Shown piece by piece: positions 9,381-19,285 of a stretch of 64,000 nucleotides of DNA. The notes under the pieces were generated by a model. That model was not told the origin of the DNA, did not search any database, and worked only from the letters and a program-made list of their open reading frames with translations. The DNA lies in NCBI GenBank assembly GCA_051652765.1, contig JBOFUV010000034.1, positions 1 to 64,000 on the forward strand. Reading direction: 5' to 3'. This DNA is from Microcoleaceae cyanobacterium. Lineage in GTDB: Bacteria; Cyanobacteriota; Cyanobacteriia; Cyanobacteriales; Microcoleaceae. The translations under genes were made by a program, and so were the position numbers. How positions within the stretch are numbered: position 1 is the first letter of the stretch; each line of letters opens with the position of its first letter.

Positions 9381-11027
9381 TTAGCTGTTGTAGTTGAATC
9401 CCGTAGAAGAGCGATCGCCTCCCAAATCCTCTTCTGTAGCTTCTGTTGGCTCAGCCACAAACCCCCCAAAAATTAATTCTGGAAAGAGTTCCAACAGATA
9501 ATTCGGCTGCATCCAGGATTCTAGGGCGATGGGCTGGGCTGAGGCGCTACCGTGTTCATCTACATTCAAGCCTGTCACATTTCCCCGCAAAGCAGGCCGA
9601 AGATTTCCCAGATGATCGCGGGTCGCTCGTAAATTCAATTCCACCAAGCCACGAGACTGCATCGTTTTAATCCCACCTTTACCCCCTCCCAAGGCAGATA
9701 ATGTGTTCCCATGAGACAGCAGGATGGGGAATTCAGGGGGCTTGCGGACATCAGACAGAATGGATTTGAGGAACCGTCCCGCCAGTTGTGGATCACAATT
9801 TTCTTGATACTGAGTGACTTCATCCCAAATACTGGTGTGAGGAACTGATCCAGTTTTTAGCCGTTGGTAGTAAGCCACCAAACGAGAATTAACTTGATTG
9901 TAATTGTACTCTCCCCCATAAATTTCAAAGGGTGCAGGCCAACTATTTTGGTGACAGTGGGGGTCAGAAACACTCACCTGATGACCAAAGAAAATCATTC
10001 GTAGGAGGGCTAGGAACCCAGCAAAAGAGGTTTTTCCACTGCATTGTTCTCCCCAAACTAGCAAGGGCTTCGTCAGCAACAACTGCAATAGCCACTCACA
10101 TCCTGGGGCATTGAGCTGATCCCAAAGCTGCCGCACCCGTGAATCGTTTTCATCCGGAGTCAGGAGGGGTTGGGGCTCAGGAGGGCCTGACAACCTTAGC
10201 CCCAAAGGAATTTCAGGGATTTTGGCAGGAGATTTACGATTCAATTCAACGGGGGCTGCGGAAATTGGATTTAAGGGTAGTTTAGGAATTTGACTGATTA
10301 TAGCCTTCGGGCCAAGCTTGCTAGAAATTGGCCTAACTTTGGCAGAAAGCTCAGATCGATGGAGAGACTCAATTAATTGTTGCTGTTCTAGATGATTTGA
10401 GGGCAGATAATTTGGGTTCGGGGCCTGTTCAGAAACGAGAGGAACCCTGGGTTCGTGAGGTGGATAGAGGGCAAACTCCCGGTAGCGTTCAAGTTCAGCC
10501 TGAACGTTTAATTCAGGATGCAGGGATTTTTCCCTTGGATTCATTAAAGCTAATGCGGCTTGAGGATTTTGACGCTCAGGTGGCTGATGGTGCTGATCGT
10601 AATGTCTAGGATCAACCTGCCTCGGATCAATCGGGAGCGGATCGATTCCGGCTGCCATTCGCTCGGCTAGAGCTGCTTCTACAGCGTTTTCTCGGAGGGA
10701 TTCTATGTAGTATCGGTTGGATGCTAACCAATGGAGAAAGTCTTCTTCCTGCTGTTGGCGCTCAGCCTGGAATACAGGTTCCATGCCCTTGAGTTTGTAT
10801 CCAATCACCAACCCAATCGAACTTCCGGCGATCGCCCCGACTAGGCTCAATCCCTGTACCCAAAGGTGAGAAATTTGATTCTTAGCAAGGAAGAAGGGAG
10901 GAACTGTCCAGAGTAAAAAACTCCCTCCGATAATCCCTCCAGCCACCAAATTCAACCAACCTAAGGACTGGTCAGCAACTCTCCCCTGAAAGTAATACTG
11001 TCTAAACTCCGGTGTCATGGCCCTCAT
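9381..11027 (-). CDS. Hypothetical membrane-anchored P-loop ATPase (HerA/FtsK/VirD4-like)
   Basis: Two N-terminal hydrophobic helices, Pro/Gln-rich linker, Walker A GEQCSGKT, Walker B SIWDE, then SDVRK...ILLSH. Confidence 0.65.
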   Translation of the reverse strand: MRAMTPEFRQYYFQGRVADQSLGWLNLVAGGIIGGSFLLWTVPPFFLAKNQISHLWVQGLSLVGAIAGSSIGLVIGYKLKGMEPVFQAERQQQEEDFLHWLASNRYYIESLRENAVEAALAERMAAGIDPLPIDPRQVDPRHYDQHHQPPERQNPQAALALMNPREKSLHPELNVQAELERYREFALYPPHEPRVPLVSEQAPNPNYLPSNHLEQQQLIESLHRSELSAKVRPISSKLGPKAIISQIPKLPLNPISAAPVELNRKSPAKIPEIPLGLRLSGPPEPQPLLTPDENDSRVRQLWDQLNAPGCEWLLQLLLTKPLLVWGEQCSGKTSFAGFLALLRMIFFGHQVSVSDPHCHQNSWPAPFEIYGGEYNYNQVNSRLVAYYQRLKTGSVPHTSIWDEVTQYQENCDPQLAGRFLKSILSDVRKPPEFPILLSHGNTLSALGGGKGGIKTMQSRGLVELNLRATRDHLGNLRPALRGNVTGLNVDEHGSASAQPIALESWMQPNYLLELFPELIFGGFVAEPTEATEEDLGGDRSSTGFNYNS

Positions 11028-11078
11028 CCTGCAACTGCTTCAGAGTTGATTTATTTTTCAATATATCAGGTTCCTCTG

Positions 11079-11120
11079 GAAATTGGGTAAGAAATTGGGC
11101 AAGGAATTGGGCAAGGAATT
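11079..11120. repeat. 12-bp tandem repeat (GAAATTGGGCAA-like, about 3.5 copies)
   Basis: Seen directly; abuts the MITE. Confidence 0.8.
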
Positions 11121-11121
11121 T

Positions 11122-11231
11122 TGGCGTTGCTGAATGGCGGCATGAATTCGCCCCCCAGCCCCAATTCTGGGGCCTGGGGGGCGAGGAAACTTACAACTCT
11201 GACAGATTCATCTCTACATTCAGCAACGCCA
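11122..11231. mobile_element. 110-bp MITE-like element with perfect 15-bp terminal inverted repeats
   Basis: TGGCGTTGCTGAATG (11122-11136) / CATTCAGCAACGCCA (11217-11231); internal GC-rich hairpin CGCCCCCCAG-CCCCA-ATTC-TGGGG-C-CTGGGGGGCG. Confidence 0.8.
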
Positions 11232-11246
11232 GAAAACTAAGCACTT

Positions 11247-11747
11247 TCAGGTTTTGTCAGATGGATCTGGGCTGTTCCAATAGGCTCCACCTCCTGCGAT
11301 TAAGAGGCGCTGTCGTCGCTGATCTAGCCACCGTTGCAAGATTAGAGCCGCTGCTTTGCGATCAATCAGAGCCTTATTCCGGGAGGGGGAAATCTTGGCT
11401 TCAATCAACATTTGTTCTGCTTGCACTGAGGTCAGCCGTTCATCCATATACTCCACAGGAAGATTGAGGGCTGTGGACAATCGTTCAGCATAGCGCTGCA
11501 CCTGATGGGCTTGAAACCCCAAGGTTCCATCCATGGAATAGGGCAAGCCTACCACTAATAAGTGCACCCGGCGTTCCTGAACCAGGGCTTGAAGCTGAGA
11601 GAGATCCTGACTAAAGGCGGCTCGGTGAAGGGTTGTAATCCCTGTGGCAATGAGTCCTGTGCCGTCACAGCCTGCAACCCCAACCCGTTTGCGACCAACA
11701 TCCAAGCCCAGAGCTGAAATAAACCTAGGGCCAGGGGAAGTATTCAT
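11247..11747 (-). CDS. ruvX: Holliday junction resolvase-like / pre-16S rRNA nuclease RuvX (YqgF)
   Basis: ALGLDVGRKRVGVA, VVGLP, DERLTS, IDRKAAALILQ. Confidence 0.93.
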   Translation of the reverse strand: MNTSPGPRFISALGLDVGRKRVGVAGCDGTGLIATGITTLHRAAFSQDLSQLQALVQERRVHLLVVGLPYSMDGTLGFQAHQVQRYAERLSTALNLPVEYMDERLTSVQAEQMLIEAKISPSRNKALIDRKAAALILQRWLDQRRQRLLIAGGGAYWNSPDPSDKT

Positions 11748-13015
11748 GACTCCCGCTCAGGATTTGATTCGGGGACATTCTGAGAAACGTTCTGAGAATT
11801 AAGCTGGGCACCTGGCAATTCAGAGTCACTCAGATCAGAACGATTTGCCATCCCGCCCAAGGGATCAGGCAGATGTTTATTGAGAGAACGAAGAGGGGAA
11901 TTCATCGGCCCTAACCAAGACATGCGTCCAGGGACGGGCTTGTGAGCAGGCTGGAGACCTTGCAAAACGTCTGGAAGTTGTAGACCCTCCAGGGAAATCT
12001 TTGACTCCCGCACTTTGTGCCAGACAGAACGGGACATTAACAGGGTGTGTTCAATCGCATCCGCCCCGATCTTCTCCAGGTAGGCTTCCCGTTCTGGTAA
12101 GTAATCGGCTGATATCAGGCGGAGAGACTGGGCTGGAAAGTCTTGAGCTAGATGGGCAATCTGAGAGAGTAATTCAGGATAGAGCCAAGTGTAGGCTGGA
12201 TTAACCGTCAACTCTGCCACATGGGGTTGTGATCCATCCCGACTAAACTGAACCTGGAAATAGCCAATCGCCGCTTTACGCTGAAGCTCAAACACATAGC
12301 CGCTGACTTGTTCAGTCTTGCTGAGCCACTGCCTGAACCCATCCATCACTGCCTGGAGGACACTGGTGCGAAAATCAATCACATGGCGGTCATACACTTG
12401 TCGCACAAAGGGGGGCATGAACAAAGTATCAAGCTGGTATAGCAATTGAGCATCAGCATTGCTGACTGGGAGCAAGTTCGGCAAGTCGGGTTGGGTGACG
12501 GCTAGCTCCTGTAACTTTTGGGGGGTAATTGACCAAGCGGTCATTTGGGCCAACCGCTGGAATCCATTTTGACGATAGAGAGCGATGTGGGATTTATCAT
12601 TCACATTCACCTCTAGGAGCCAATTTCTGGCTTCCCAGACGGTTTCAAAGCAATACCGCAGCAATTGAGAACCAATCGTAGACAAATCACTGCCCGGTTC
12701 AACGGCAACCCAATTCACCCTCCAGGTACTGCGGGTTTGGTTGAAGGGAGAGACCTTAATTAACCCTCGAACTTGCCCATCCTGCTCAGCAACATAGATA
12801 TCAGACAAGTGCTGGCCGGGATTGGGAAACCAGCTTAGAAATTTAAATATGCCATACCAGTGCCGCAGGGTTTGGACTTTACGAGCGGCAACCTCTAAAA
12901 ACTCGGTTTCATCAGAGAGGTTGCTGAGATAGAGCCGCTCAATGATTTCTAAATCGCGGTACTGAAAGGGTCGGATGGCTGCTTGGTTCTGTTTTTGCGA
13001 GAAAAGTAAAGCCAT
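11744..13015 (-). CDS. GNAT family N-acetyltransferase (cyanobacterial)
   Basis: GSQLLRYC...LYRQNGF GNAT motif; 4-bp overlap with ruvX. Confidence 0.85.
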   Translation of the reverse strand: MALLFSQKQNQAAIRPFQYRDLEIIERLYLSNLSDETEFLEVAARKVQTLRHWYGIFKFLSWFPNPGQHLSDIYVAEQDGQVRGLIKVSPFNQTRSTWRVNWVAVEPGSDLSTIGSQLLRYCFETVWEARNWLLEVNVNDKSHIALYRQNGFQRLAQMTAWSITPQKLQELAVTQPDLPNLLPVSNADAQLLYQLDTLFMPPFVRQVYDRHVIDFRTSVLQAVMDGFRQWLSKTEQVSGYVFELQRKAAIGYFQVQFSRDGSQPHVAELTVNPAYTWLYPELLSQIAHLAQDFPAQSLRLISADYLPEREAYLEKIGADAIEHTLLMSRSVWHKVRESKISLEGLQLPDVLQGLQPAHKPVPGRMSWLGPMNSPLRSLNKHLPDPLGGMANRSDLSDSELPGAQLNSQNVSQNVPESNPERES

Positions 13016-13063
13016 AGGGGTTTGGATACAGAATGGTTTGGAGGATGCTTAGATTCAGTACCT

Positions 13064-14245
13064 CTACCTTTCCATACCTTGGGGCAGCGGACGAATCAGA
13101 ACTAAAGGGGTTTGTTCATCAGCATTGCCAGCAGGGTTACTTCTCAAGGCTTGCTCAAGGAGAGCAAGGGAAAGATTTGAAGTTGCTGCTAATATTTTAA
13201 CGGCTTTTAAATCATTCACGTCTACAATCGCTGCCGCCAGTCCAGTTTCTCGTTGAATTGTCTCTACAACCTGTTGAGGCTGGTCTGGCCCCAACACAAT
13301 AAATTGATCGTAGGGGGGAAGTGTGCCTGTGACATCGTCAATCAACCGAGCTTGTTCCCCAGCCAGTTGATAAAACAATCCGGGTTTCCCTAATACCTTC
13401 GCTACAAACCCAATGCCAAAAGCAAATAATACCCGCCCTGGCCCGACCACATCAATCAAGGTCTGCATCCCACAGGCCGTTGCCAAACTTGAGGTTGGTA
13501 GGAAAAACAAACAGACCCGCTGAGCCACCCATCCGGGTTGCACGTCTGTTGGATGACGAAATCGTCCTTGAATCAGGGCCAACGGAGTTTCTCCGAGGGT
13601 AACGATATCTCCAGGCTGGGCATGGGGCAACACATAGCGTTTAACGACTGCGACGGGATCATCAAGCTGAGTTAACAAATGAGTTCGTAGGGGAAACACT
13701 TCAGCGACAGGAGTTGAACGGGGCTGAGGCAAGAAATTCTCATCGGGAAATTGCAGCGGGATAATCACATGACGGGTCTTGGGGATTCGTCCCTGGGGGC
13801 CATAGGTGACATATTGAACCTGTACCCAGGCTGACTGCAATGCCGCCAACGGCTCTCCCTGAATTTTGATCACAACCTTCAAGTGAGTCGGTTTGCGTTT
13901 GACAATATAGGCGAACCAGTAGTTGTCAGTTCGGGCTGGGGCATCGGGATGATTTGGAATAATCTCTGTTGTCCAGGTAACGGTGCTCAAACTTTCTTTG
14001 GAGAGGAGTTTCAGGGTTGCATTCACCTCAGGAACCATAATTTCAAACCGCTGAGTTTGGTTCAGCAGCTCCATTTCTCCGGTGAGAATATATTGATTGG
14101 GATCGTCAGTGTTCACCTGCCACTGGCCCGTCGTCAGTTCCAATTTGTTTCCTGGACGGCGACGATAGTGAACTTCCAACCCCAATGCCCCAAACCCCAA
14201 ACCGAACAGAACCATGGCCACAAGACCGATAATGACTGAACTCAC
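13064..14245 (-). CDS. F420-0:gamma-glutamyl ligase-like protein with N-terminal membrane anchor
   Basis: ETPLALIQGR, IDDVTGTLPPYD, NPAGNADEQTP. Confidence 0.8.
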   Translation of the reverse strand: MSSVIIGLVAMVLFGLGFGALGLEVHYRRRPGNKLELTTGQWQVNTDDPNQYILTGEMELLNQTQRFEIMVPEVNATLKLLSKESLSTVTWTTEIIPNHPDAPARTDNYWFAYIVKRKPTHLKVVIKIQGEPLAALQSAWVQVQYVTYGPQGRIPKTRHVIIPLQFPDENFLPQPRSTPVAEVFPLRTHLLTQLDDPVAVVKRYVLPHAQPGDIVTLGETPLALIQGRFRHPTDVQPGWVAQRVCLFFLPTSSLATACGMQTLIDVVGPGRVLFAFGIGFVAKVLGKPGLFYQLAGEQARLIDDVTGTLPPYDQFIVLGPDQPQQVVETIQRETGLAAAIVDVNDLKAVKILAATSNLSLALLEQALRSNPAGNADEQTPLVLIRPLPQGMER

Positions 14246-14556
14246 AATCCTTTCCCAGACTAAACTCCAATCATTCTATGCGAGGGGCAGCCCGCAATTT
14301 TTAATCAAAGATTTCTCAAACTTATATAAAAAGCTAAAAACTTTTGAAAAAACTATGTAATGTCCAGTTTTGGGATCTGATTCTTGACTCAGGAAACGCT
14401 ATAAATTCTACAGAGCCAGTATCCCTGCTGTTTCGACCAGTCGTTTTATCCTTTGGCAAAATTGCAGACTCAGACCACAAAACCGTTTTAATTTTGTTAA
14501 AGATTTGTAAACTAATAGGGAATGATCCAACTTTTTTAGATTTCTTTAAAGGGTTT

Positions 14557-15492
14557 ATGAAGCCACTTGCGATTGCCGAACAATTTTGTCTAGTTGCCCA
14601 TGTCATGTCTACCGTGTTTGGGCTAGCTGGGTTGCTAATTGTCCTCCCCAATCCTCAAATCATTGCCAGTCTCCCGCCAATGGGTCAGACTGCGTTTCAA
14701 TGGAGTATGGCAGGAGGGGGTGCAGCCTACATCGTTTTCGGAGCCCTGGCGATCGCTTTCTACGGCTATCGAACTTGGGGACGATGGGTAACAGCAACTT
14801 TCCTAATTCCTGCCGTGGGCCTGTCCCTCTCAAGCGAATTATTGGGAACAAGTACAGGATTCCCCTTTGGCCACTATGAGTACCTGAGTGGTTTGGGGTA
14901 CAAGATTTCAGGTTTAGTTCCTTTTACAATTCCCTTGTCGTGGTTTTACATGGGGTTGAGCTGCTATCTCTTAGCTCGGGCAGGTTTGCGAGTTACTCCA
15001 GGGTCACACTGGATACGCCAATTCGGAGCCCTAGCCTTGGGGGCAGTCTTGTTAACGGCCTGGGATTTAGTCCTTGATCCAGCCATGAGCCAAGCCCCAA
15101 CAAGGTTTTGGCAATTCCAGGAGGTAGGTGAGTTCTTTGGAATGCCCTATCGTAATTTGATGGGATGGGTGGGAACAGGCTTAGTCTTCATGAGTGTGAC
15201 TGCGGTATTGTGGCGGCAGGTTCCGATCATGCCCTCGCGTCGGCAGCTCACGATTCCTTTGATTATCTACTGGACTAACTTTATGTTTGGTGCAGTGATT
15301 ACAACGGTTTCTTTAGATTCTCGCTTCCTTTTACCTGTAGGTCTCGGAGTTATTTTCGGGCTGATCCCAGCTACATTGTTTTGGGCAACGGCACGATTGG
15401 CAATTGAAAGTGAGAGTGATAAGGTGATCGCTACAATTTCTTCCCTAGATCCAAGTGGTGATGTTGCGCCTGTTGAAGTAATTGTAAAGTAG
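14557..15492 (+). CDS. cruF: Carotenoid 1,2-hydratase CruF
   Basis: SELLGTSTGFPFGHYEY, VPFTIPLSWF, AWDLVLDPAM, GMPYRN. Start moved to ATG 14557 (MKPLAIAE). Confidence 0.88.
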   Translation: MKPLAIAEQFCLVAHVMSTVFGLAGLLIVLPNPQIIASLPPMGQTAFQWSMAGGGAAYIVFGALAIAFYGYRTWGRWVTATFLIPAVGLSLSSELLGTSTGFPFGHYEYLSGLGYKISGLVPFTIPLSWFYMGLSCYLLARAGLRVTPGSHWIRQFGALALGAVLLTAWDLVLDPAMSQAPTRFWQFQEVGEFFGMPYRNLMGWVGTGLVFMSVTAVLWRQVPIMPSRRQLTIPLIIYWTNFMFGAVITTVSLDSRFLLPVGLGVIFGLIPATLFWATARLAIESESDKVIATISSLDPSGDVAPVEVIVK

Positions 15493-15790
15493 GTGAAGAT
15501 TTGGGCCAGACATTGTTCAAAATCTAATAAACATTTTTAAGAATGGTGTGGCTCATTACTTTGGGTTCACTAGTGTAGTCTTCAGGGTTTAATCTTAAAG
15601 ACCTCGTCTTAACTGTTCTGTTGCGGTGGTAATAGTGAGTGAGTGTTAATTCAAGCAGTTAATTCAAATAGTGAATTCAGATCGATCCTAAAGACTAAAA
15701 AACTGTTCAGACAAGATGCCCAATCCACATTAACAATTCAAGTCCGCTCCCCATAGACTAGGCCCAACCATTCTCAGGATTCTATTTACT

Positions 15791-16549
15791 TTACTTTTTT
15801 AGCTCAATCAAACGGATCGAAAGTAAGGTTTCAGCAAACATCCGCTGAAAAGCATAGTACCAGCCTGCCCATCCATCTAAAATGCCACCTTTCAAGATCA
15901 AGCAATAAAAGAAAACGATAAAAGGCGCTAGAACTGTTTGCTGCCGAATGCGATCGCTCCAGCCCAATTCGGCAGCCGGAGTTTCAGCTAGCTTCTTCAC
16001 CTCAATCACCATGTAGCGATCTTGGGCCCAAATCCAGCGACTGAGAGGTTTACGATCATCATGATAGATGTAGGCAGAGAGCATTCCTGAGATACCACTG
16101 ACCTTCAAGAGTTGGGTATGACCATCATCAATGTAGATTGCTTTTTCCCGCTTGAATAAAACTTCCCGAGGCGGCAAGATGCTTCCCCGCAGCGGCTTAC
16201 CAAAAACACAGAACTTAAATCGGGCGAAGTAACTGTCAAATTTTGAATCTATCGGTAGAGACTGAATTTCTTGAATCAAGTCATCTGTTAACCAATAGTC
16301 AGCATCCAGAGAGAGTACCCATTCGGTTTGAACTTGCTCTAGGCCGTAGTTCCACTGATTGGTATGGGTGTCAAACTTGCGTTGAAAGACTTGAACCTGA
16401 GGATAAGAATTTAAAATCTCTAGGGTTTCGTCGGTGCTGTAGCTGTCAATTACAATGATCTTCTCTGCCCAAATCAATTGCTCCAGAGTTCGCCCAATAT
16501 TGGGCGATTCATTGTAGGTCAGAATTAAAGGCGTAACTTTTCCTGACAT
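15791..16549 (-). CDS. Glycosyltransferase family 2
   Basis: ILTYNE, IDSYSTDET, LDAD DxD motif. Confidence 0.92.
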   Translation of the reverse strand: MSGKVTPLILTYNESPNIGRTLEQLIWAEKIIVIDSYSTDETLEILNSYPQVQVFQRKFDTHTNQWNYGLEQVQTEWVLSLDADYWLTDDLIQEIQSLPIDSKFDSYFARFKFCVFGKPLRGSILPPREVLFKREKAIYIDDGHTQLLKVSGISGMLSAYIYHDDRKPLSRWIWAQDRYMVIEVKKLAETPAAELGWSDRIRQQTVLAPFIVFFYCLILKGGILDGWAGWYYAFQRMFAETLLSIRLIELKK

Positions 16550-16594
16550 TTAGGAAATCATCCTCTGTTCAAAAGTTCAGTTCAAAAGTTCAGC

Positions 16595-16823
16595 TACACT
16601 GTAATCTAGTTTGAATTGTGAGATTATAGCCTAGATACCTTGTTCATGTCAGTAAAACCTTGAGACTTCAGGGCTCTACAAATGATTTAGGATGACCTAT
16701 ACAATCCTAAATCATCTACAGCGTTTTTAAATCAATGAGGCATAATATCAGCCACTCAAATCTGCCTTAAAAGGGGAATTTAGAGGGATTGTTCGGTATC
16801 ACATCTAAACAACAGCGGCTGTA
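16595..16823. repeat. Cluster of eroded MITE-like repeats with a central 12-bp inverted repeat
   Basis: ATGATTTAGGAT (16682-16693) / ATCCTAAATCAT (16704-16715); a TACAGC...GCTGTA-bounded segment at 16717-16823. Confidence 0.5.
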
Positions 16824-16900
16824 TAAAAAATTAAAGAGGGGTTAAAGAGGGGGTTTGGGAACAGTGCTCCTCAGAAGGAACAACGCTCCTACACCCCATC

Positions 16901-17830
16901 TCACACATCCTTTGAGATTCTTATAGAACTGTTGTAAGTAGTCAATTCTGTTTTCCAGACTTCAAGTAAGTGAGTCCAGACAGGCTGATACCGTTTCGGA
17001 ATCGCCAAGATGTTATAGGCTCTATCTAGATCTCCATGGGGCTTTTCCGCATCAAAAACTTGATATTTCAATTCCTTCAATATTGAAAGTATTTTGTCTC
17101 TATTTTCCTTAGAAGCCTCAAAAATTAACATCGGTTGAAACGTTGTGATAAGGTTTATTGCACCCTCAAATACCTTAAGATCAGCACCCTCTACATCGAC
17201 TTTAATCAAATCAGGAGGAGACCCGTTTGGGTCGTCTAATGAGGTGTCCAAGACCGAGTCCAAGGTAATCGTTTCGACCTGAATCAAATTTGGAACCATA
17301 CCATATTGCCGTTGGATAAAAGTTGGATGAGCAACCTCCAATGTACCCGTTGCACCTGTAATAAAGTCTACTGCAAACTCAGCCTGCCCAACTTGATTAC
17401 TAACTGCATGAGTTACTAACTGGATATTCCTAAGGCTTGCTTGCTGAATTGTCTTTTTTAAAAGGGAGATATTTACTGGATCGGGTTCAAAAAGGGTAAC
17501 CTGAATAGCTTGATCTTGACTAAGCAACAGCCAACTAAAAAAGCCAATATTTGCACCAACATCCCAAAAAACTCTCGGCTGAATCACTTTACCAATGGCC
17601 AAAAATAGGGAAGCCAGCTCCGGATTGTGAACCCTAGAGTTGAGAATCCAGGAGATATCTCTAATCAAATGAACCCATACTTTCCATTTAATCTGGTAAA
17701 TACTTGCTGGGATTGAAAAATTCAAGCGGGGAATAATAAAGGTGACAAATAGATGACTTTTTCTAAGTTTATATAGAGGATTAAATTGTCTATATCTTTC
17801 TCTAAGTAGAGTCGAGATTCCATCTATCAT
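16901..17830 (-). CDS. FkbM family methyltransferase
   Basis: FWDVGANIG, FEPDP, IKVDVEGAD. Confidence 0.92.
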   Translation of the reverse strand: MIDGISTLLRERYRQFNPLYKLRKSHLFVTFIIPRLNFSIPASIYQIKWKVWVHLIRDISWILNSRVHNPELASLFLAIGKVIQPRVFWDVGANIGFFSWLLLSQDQAIQVTLFEPDPVNISLLKKTIQQASLRNIQLVTHAVSNQVGQAEFAVDFITGATGTLEVAHPTFIQRQYGMVPNLIQVETITLDSVLDTSLDDPNGSPPDLIKVDVEGADLKVFEGAINLITTFQPMLIFEASKENRDKILSILKELKYQVFDAEKPHGDLDRAYNILAIPKRYQPVWTHLLEVWKTELTTYNSSIRISKDV

Positions 17831-17981
17831 TGATGCTCTCCAAATTCAAGGATTTAATAAACTTATATATTGCAATTTCAGGTCATTGATAAGATAGCAA
17901 AAGGGCGTTATCTCTGTCTATAAACTAAGTTTCCAAACTTCTCTTTAATTTCTTTATTGTTGATTTAGAACTGCTATAGGC

Positions 17982-19124
17982 TTAATGGAGAATTGAAGCT
18001 AAAAGCTGTTTAAAATCCTCTAGATAAACTTCAGCAATCTGTTCATAACTGTACTCCGAAGCTTTCTGAGAGGCTTGAATGCTCATCTGACAAGTAGTTT
18101 CCCAATTTCTGATGGCTGAGGTGAATACAGAAGATAAATTCTGAGCAGCAGCCTCGCTACGATGATCGAAAAACAAACCATTTACACCGTCTTGAATATA
18201 ATCTTTGAAGCAGTCTAAGCTCGAGACAACTGGAACTAAACCAGTTGACATCGCTTCTAAAGGTGCAACAGGAAATGCTTCACCCTTTTCAGCGAGGGAA
18301 GGATAACAAAATAGATCGGCTGACCGATAGATTTCAGCCAGTTCATCGGGATCAAACACTGGGTCACAAAAATCGACAGGTAATCCCTGAGCTTGAACTT
18401 TAAGAGTGTGCAAATATTCTTCTCCCCCACCACCTTGATTTCCTTTAGCAGGGCCAACAATCTTGAGCCGAACACTTGGGAATTCCTGCACCAGAAATCC
18501 AAGGGCTTCAATTAACAGATGAATTCCTTTTTCAGGATGAATTCGGCCTACATACAAAATAGTTTTTTCTTCTCTAGTTTTTCGGGGAACTAAAGGAGGT
18601 GAAAAAATCGTAGTATCAATAGGATTAGGAATGACTTTGGTTCGAGATTTAGCCAAGGGATACTCGTTTAAAATTCCAGTTTGAATGGCATAAGATAATG
18701 CTACAAACCGAGCCGTTCCTGAGTAAAGACCTAAGCGATATTGACCTTTAGGAAATCGACCTGCATGAATCACAATTTTCCCAGCATCAGGACGAAAAGT
18801 GGCCGCAAAAACAGGTAACCAAAAATCATTAATAATCAAAATATCAGCACAGGGGAGACTTGGAACTGTTGCTAGCCCGTAGCTAAAATCTTTCACTAAA
18901 TCAAGGTAAATATTTGTGCTCTGAGGCAATCCTCCCTGGCGAATATAAGTGACTCCTTTAATCACTTCTTGAGCAGGTTGACTTGGATAAGAGCGACACA
19001 AGATTTTAACTTGATGACCGTGAGCAGCAAATGCTTCCGCCAAACCCTGCCAAATCCTCCCTGTTGAGCCGCCTTGGAGGGGAGGAACAGGAAGCCAAGG
19101 GCCCGTTGCAATACTAATTTTCAT
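17982..19124 (-). CDS. Glycosyltransferase family 4
   Basis: YVGRIHPEKG, EAFPVAPLEAM. Start taken at MKISIA. Confidence 0.9.
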   Translation of the reverse strand: MKISIATGPWLPVPPLQGGSTGRIWQGLAEAFAAHGHQVKILCRSYPSQPAQEVIKGVTYIRQGGLPQSTNIYLDLVKDFSYGLATVPSLPCADILIINDFWLPVFAATFRPDAGKIVIHAGRFPKGQYRLGLYSGTARFVALSYAIQTGILNEYPLAKSRTKVIPNPIDTTIFSPPLVPRKTREEKTILYVGRIHPEKGIHLLIEALGFLVQEFPSVRLKIVGPAKGNQGGGGEEYLHTLKVQAQGLPVDFCDPVFDPDELAEIYRSADLFCYPSLAEKGEAFPVAPLEAMSTGLVPVVSSLDCFKDYIQDGVNGLFFDHRSEAAAQNLSSVFTSAIRNWETTCQMSIQASQKASEYSYEQIAEVYLEDFKQLLASILH

Positions 19125-19285
19125 AGAAAGTTTCCATAGAAAGTTTTCATACAAAATAAGGAGCTTATCTTACCTTCAAGGCGATGGAGACATTAGCTTT
19201 CTAATAATTTCTTCTAGAAGAGTTGCTCAGATCCGGAATAAATCAATTAATTCGGCTAGTTAAACGAACGTTGAATAGAGTGAGC

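Noticed and set aside
11012..11467. 151-aa plus ORF with RNWARNWARN
   Set aside because: Reads through the tandem repeat, the MITE and antisense ruvX
14334..14651. 105-aa minus ORF and the 71-aa N-terminal extension of cruF
   Set aside because: They cover an AT-rich divergent promoter region; CruF similarity begins at 14557
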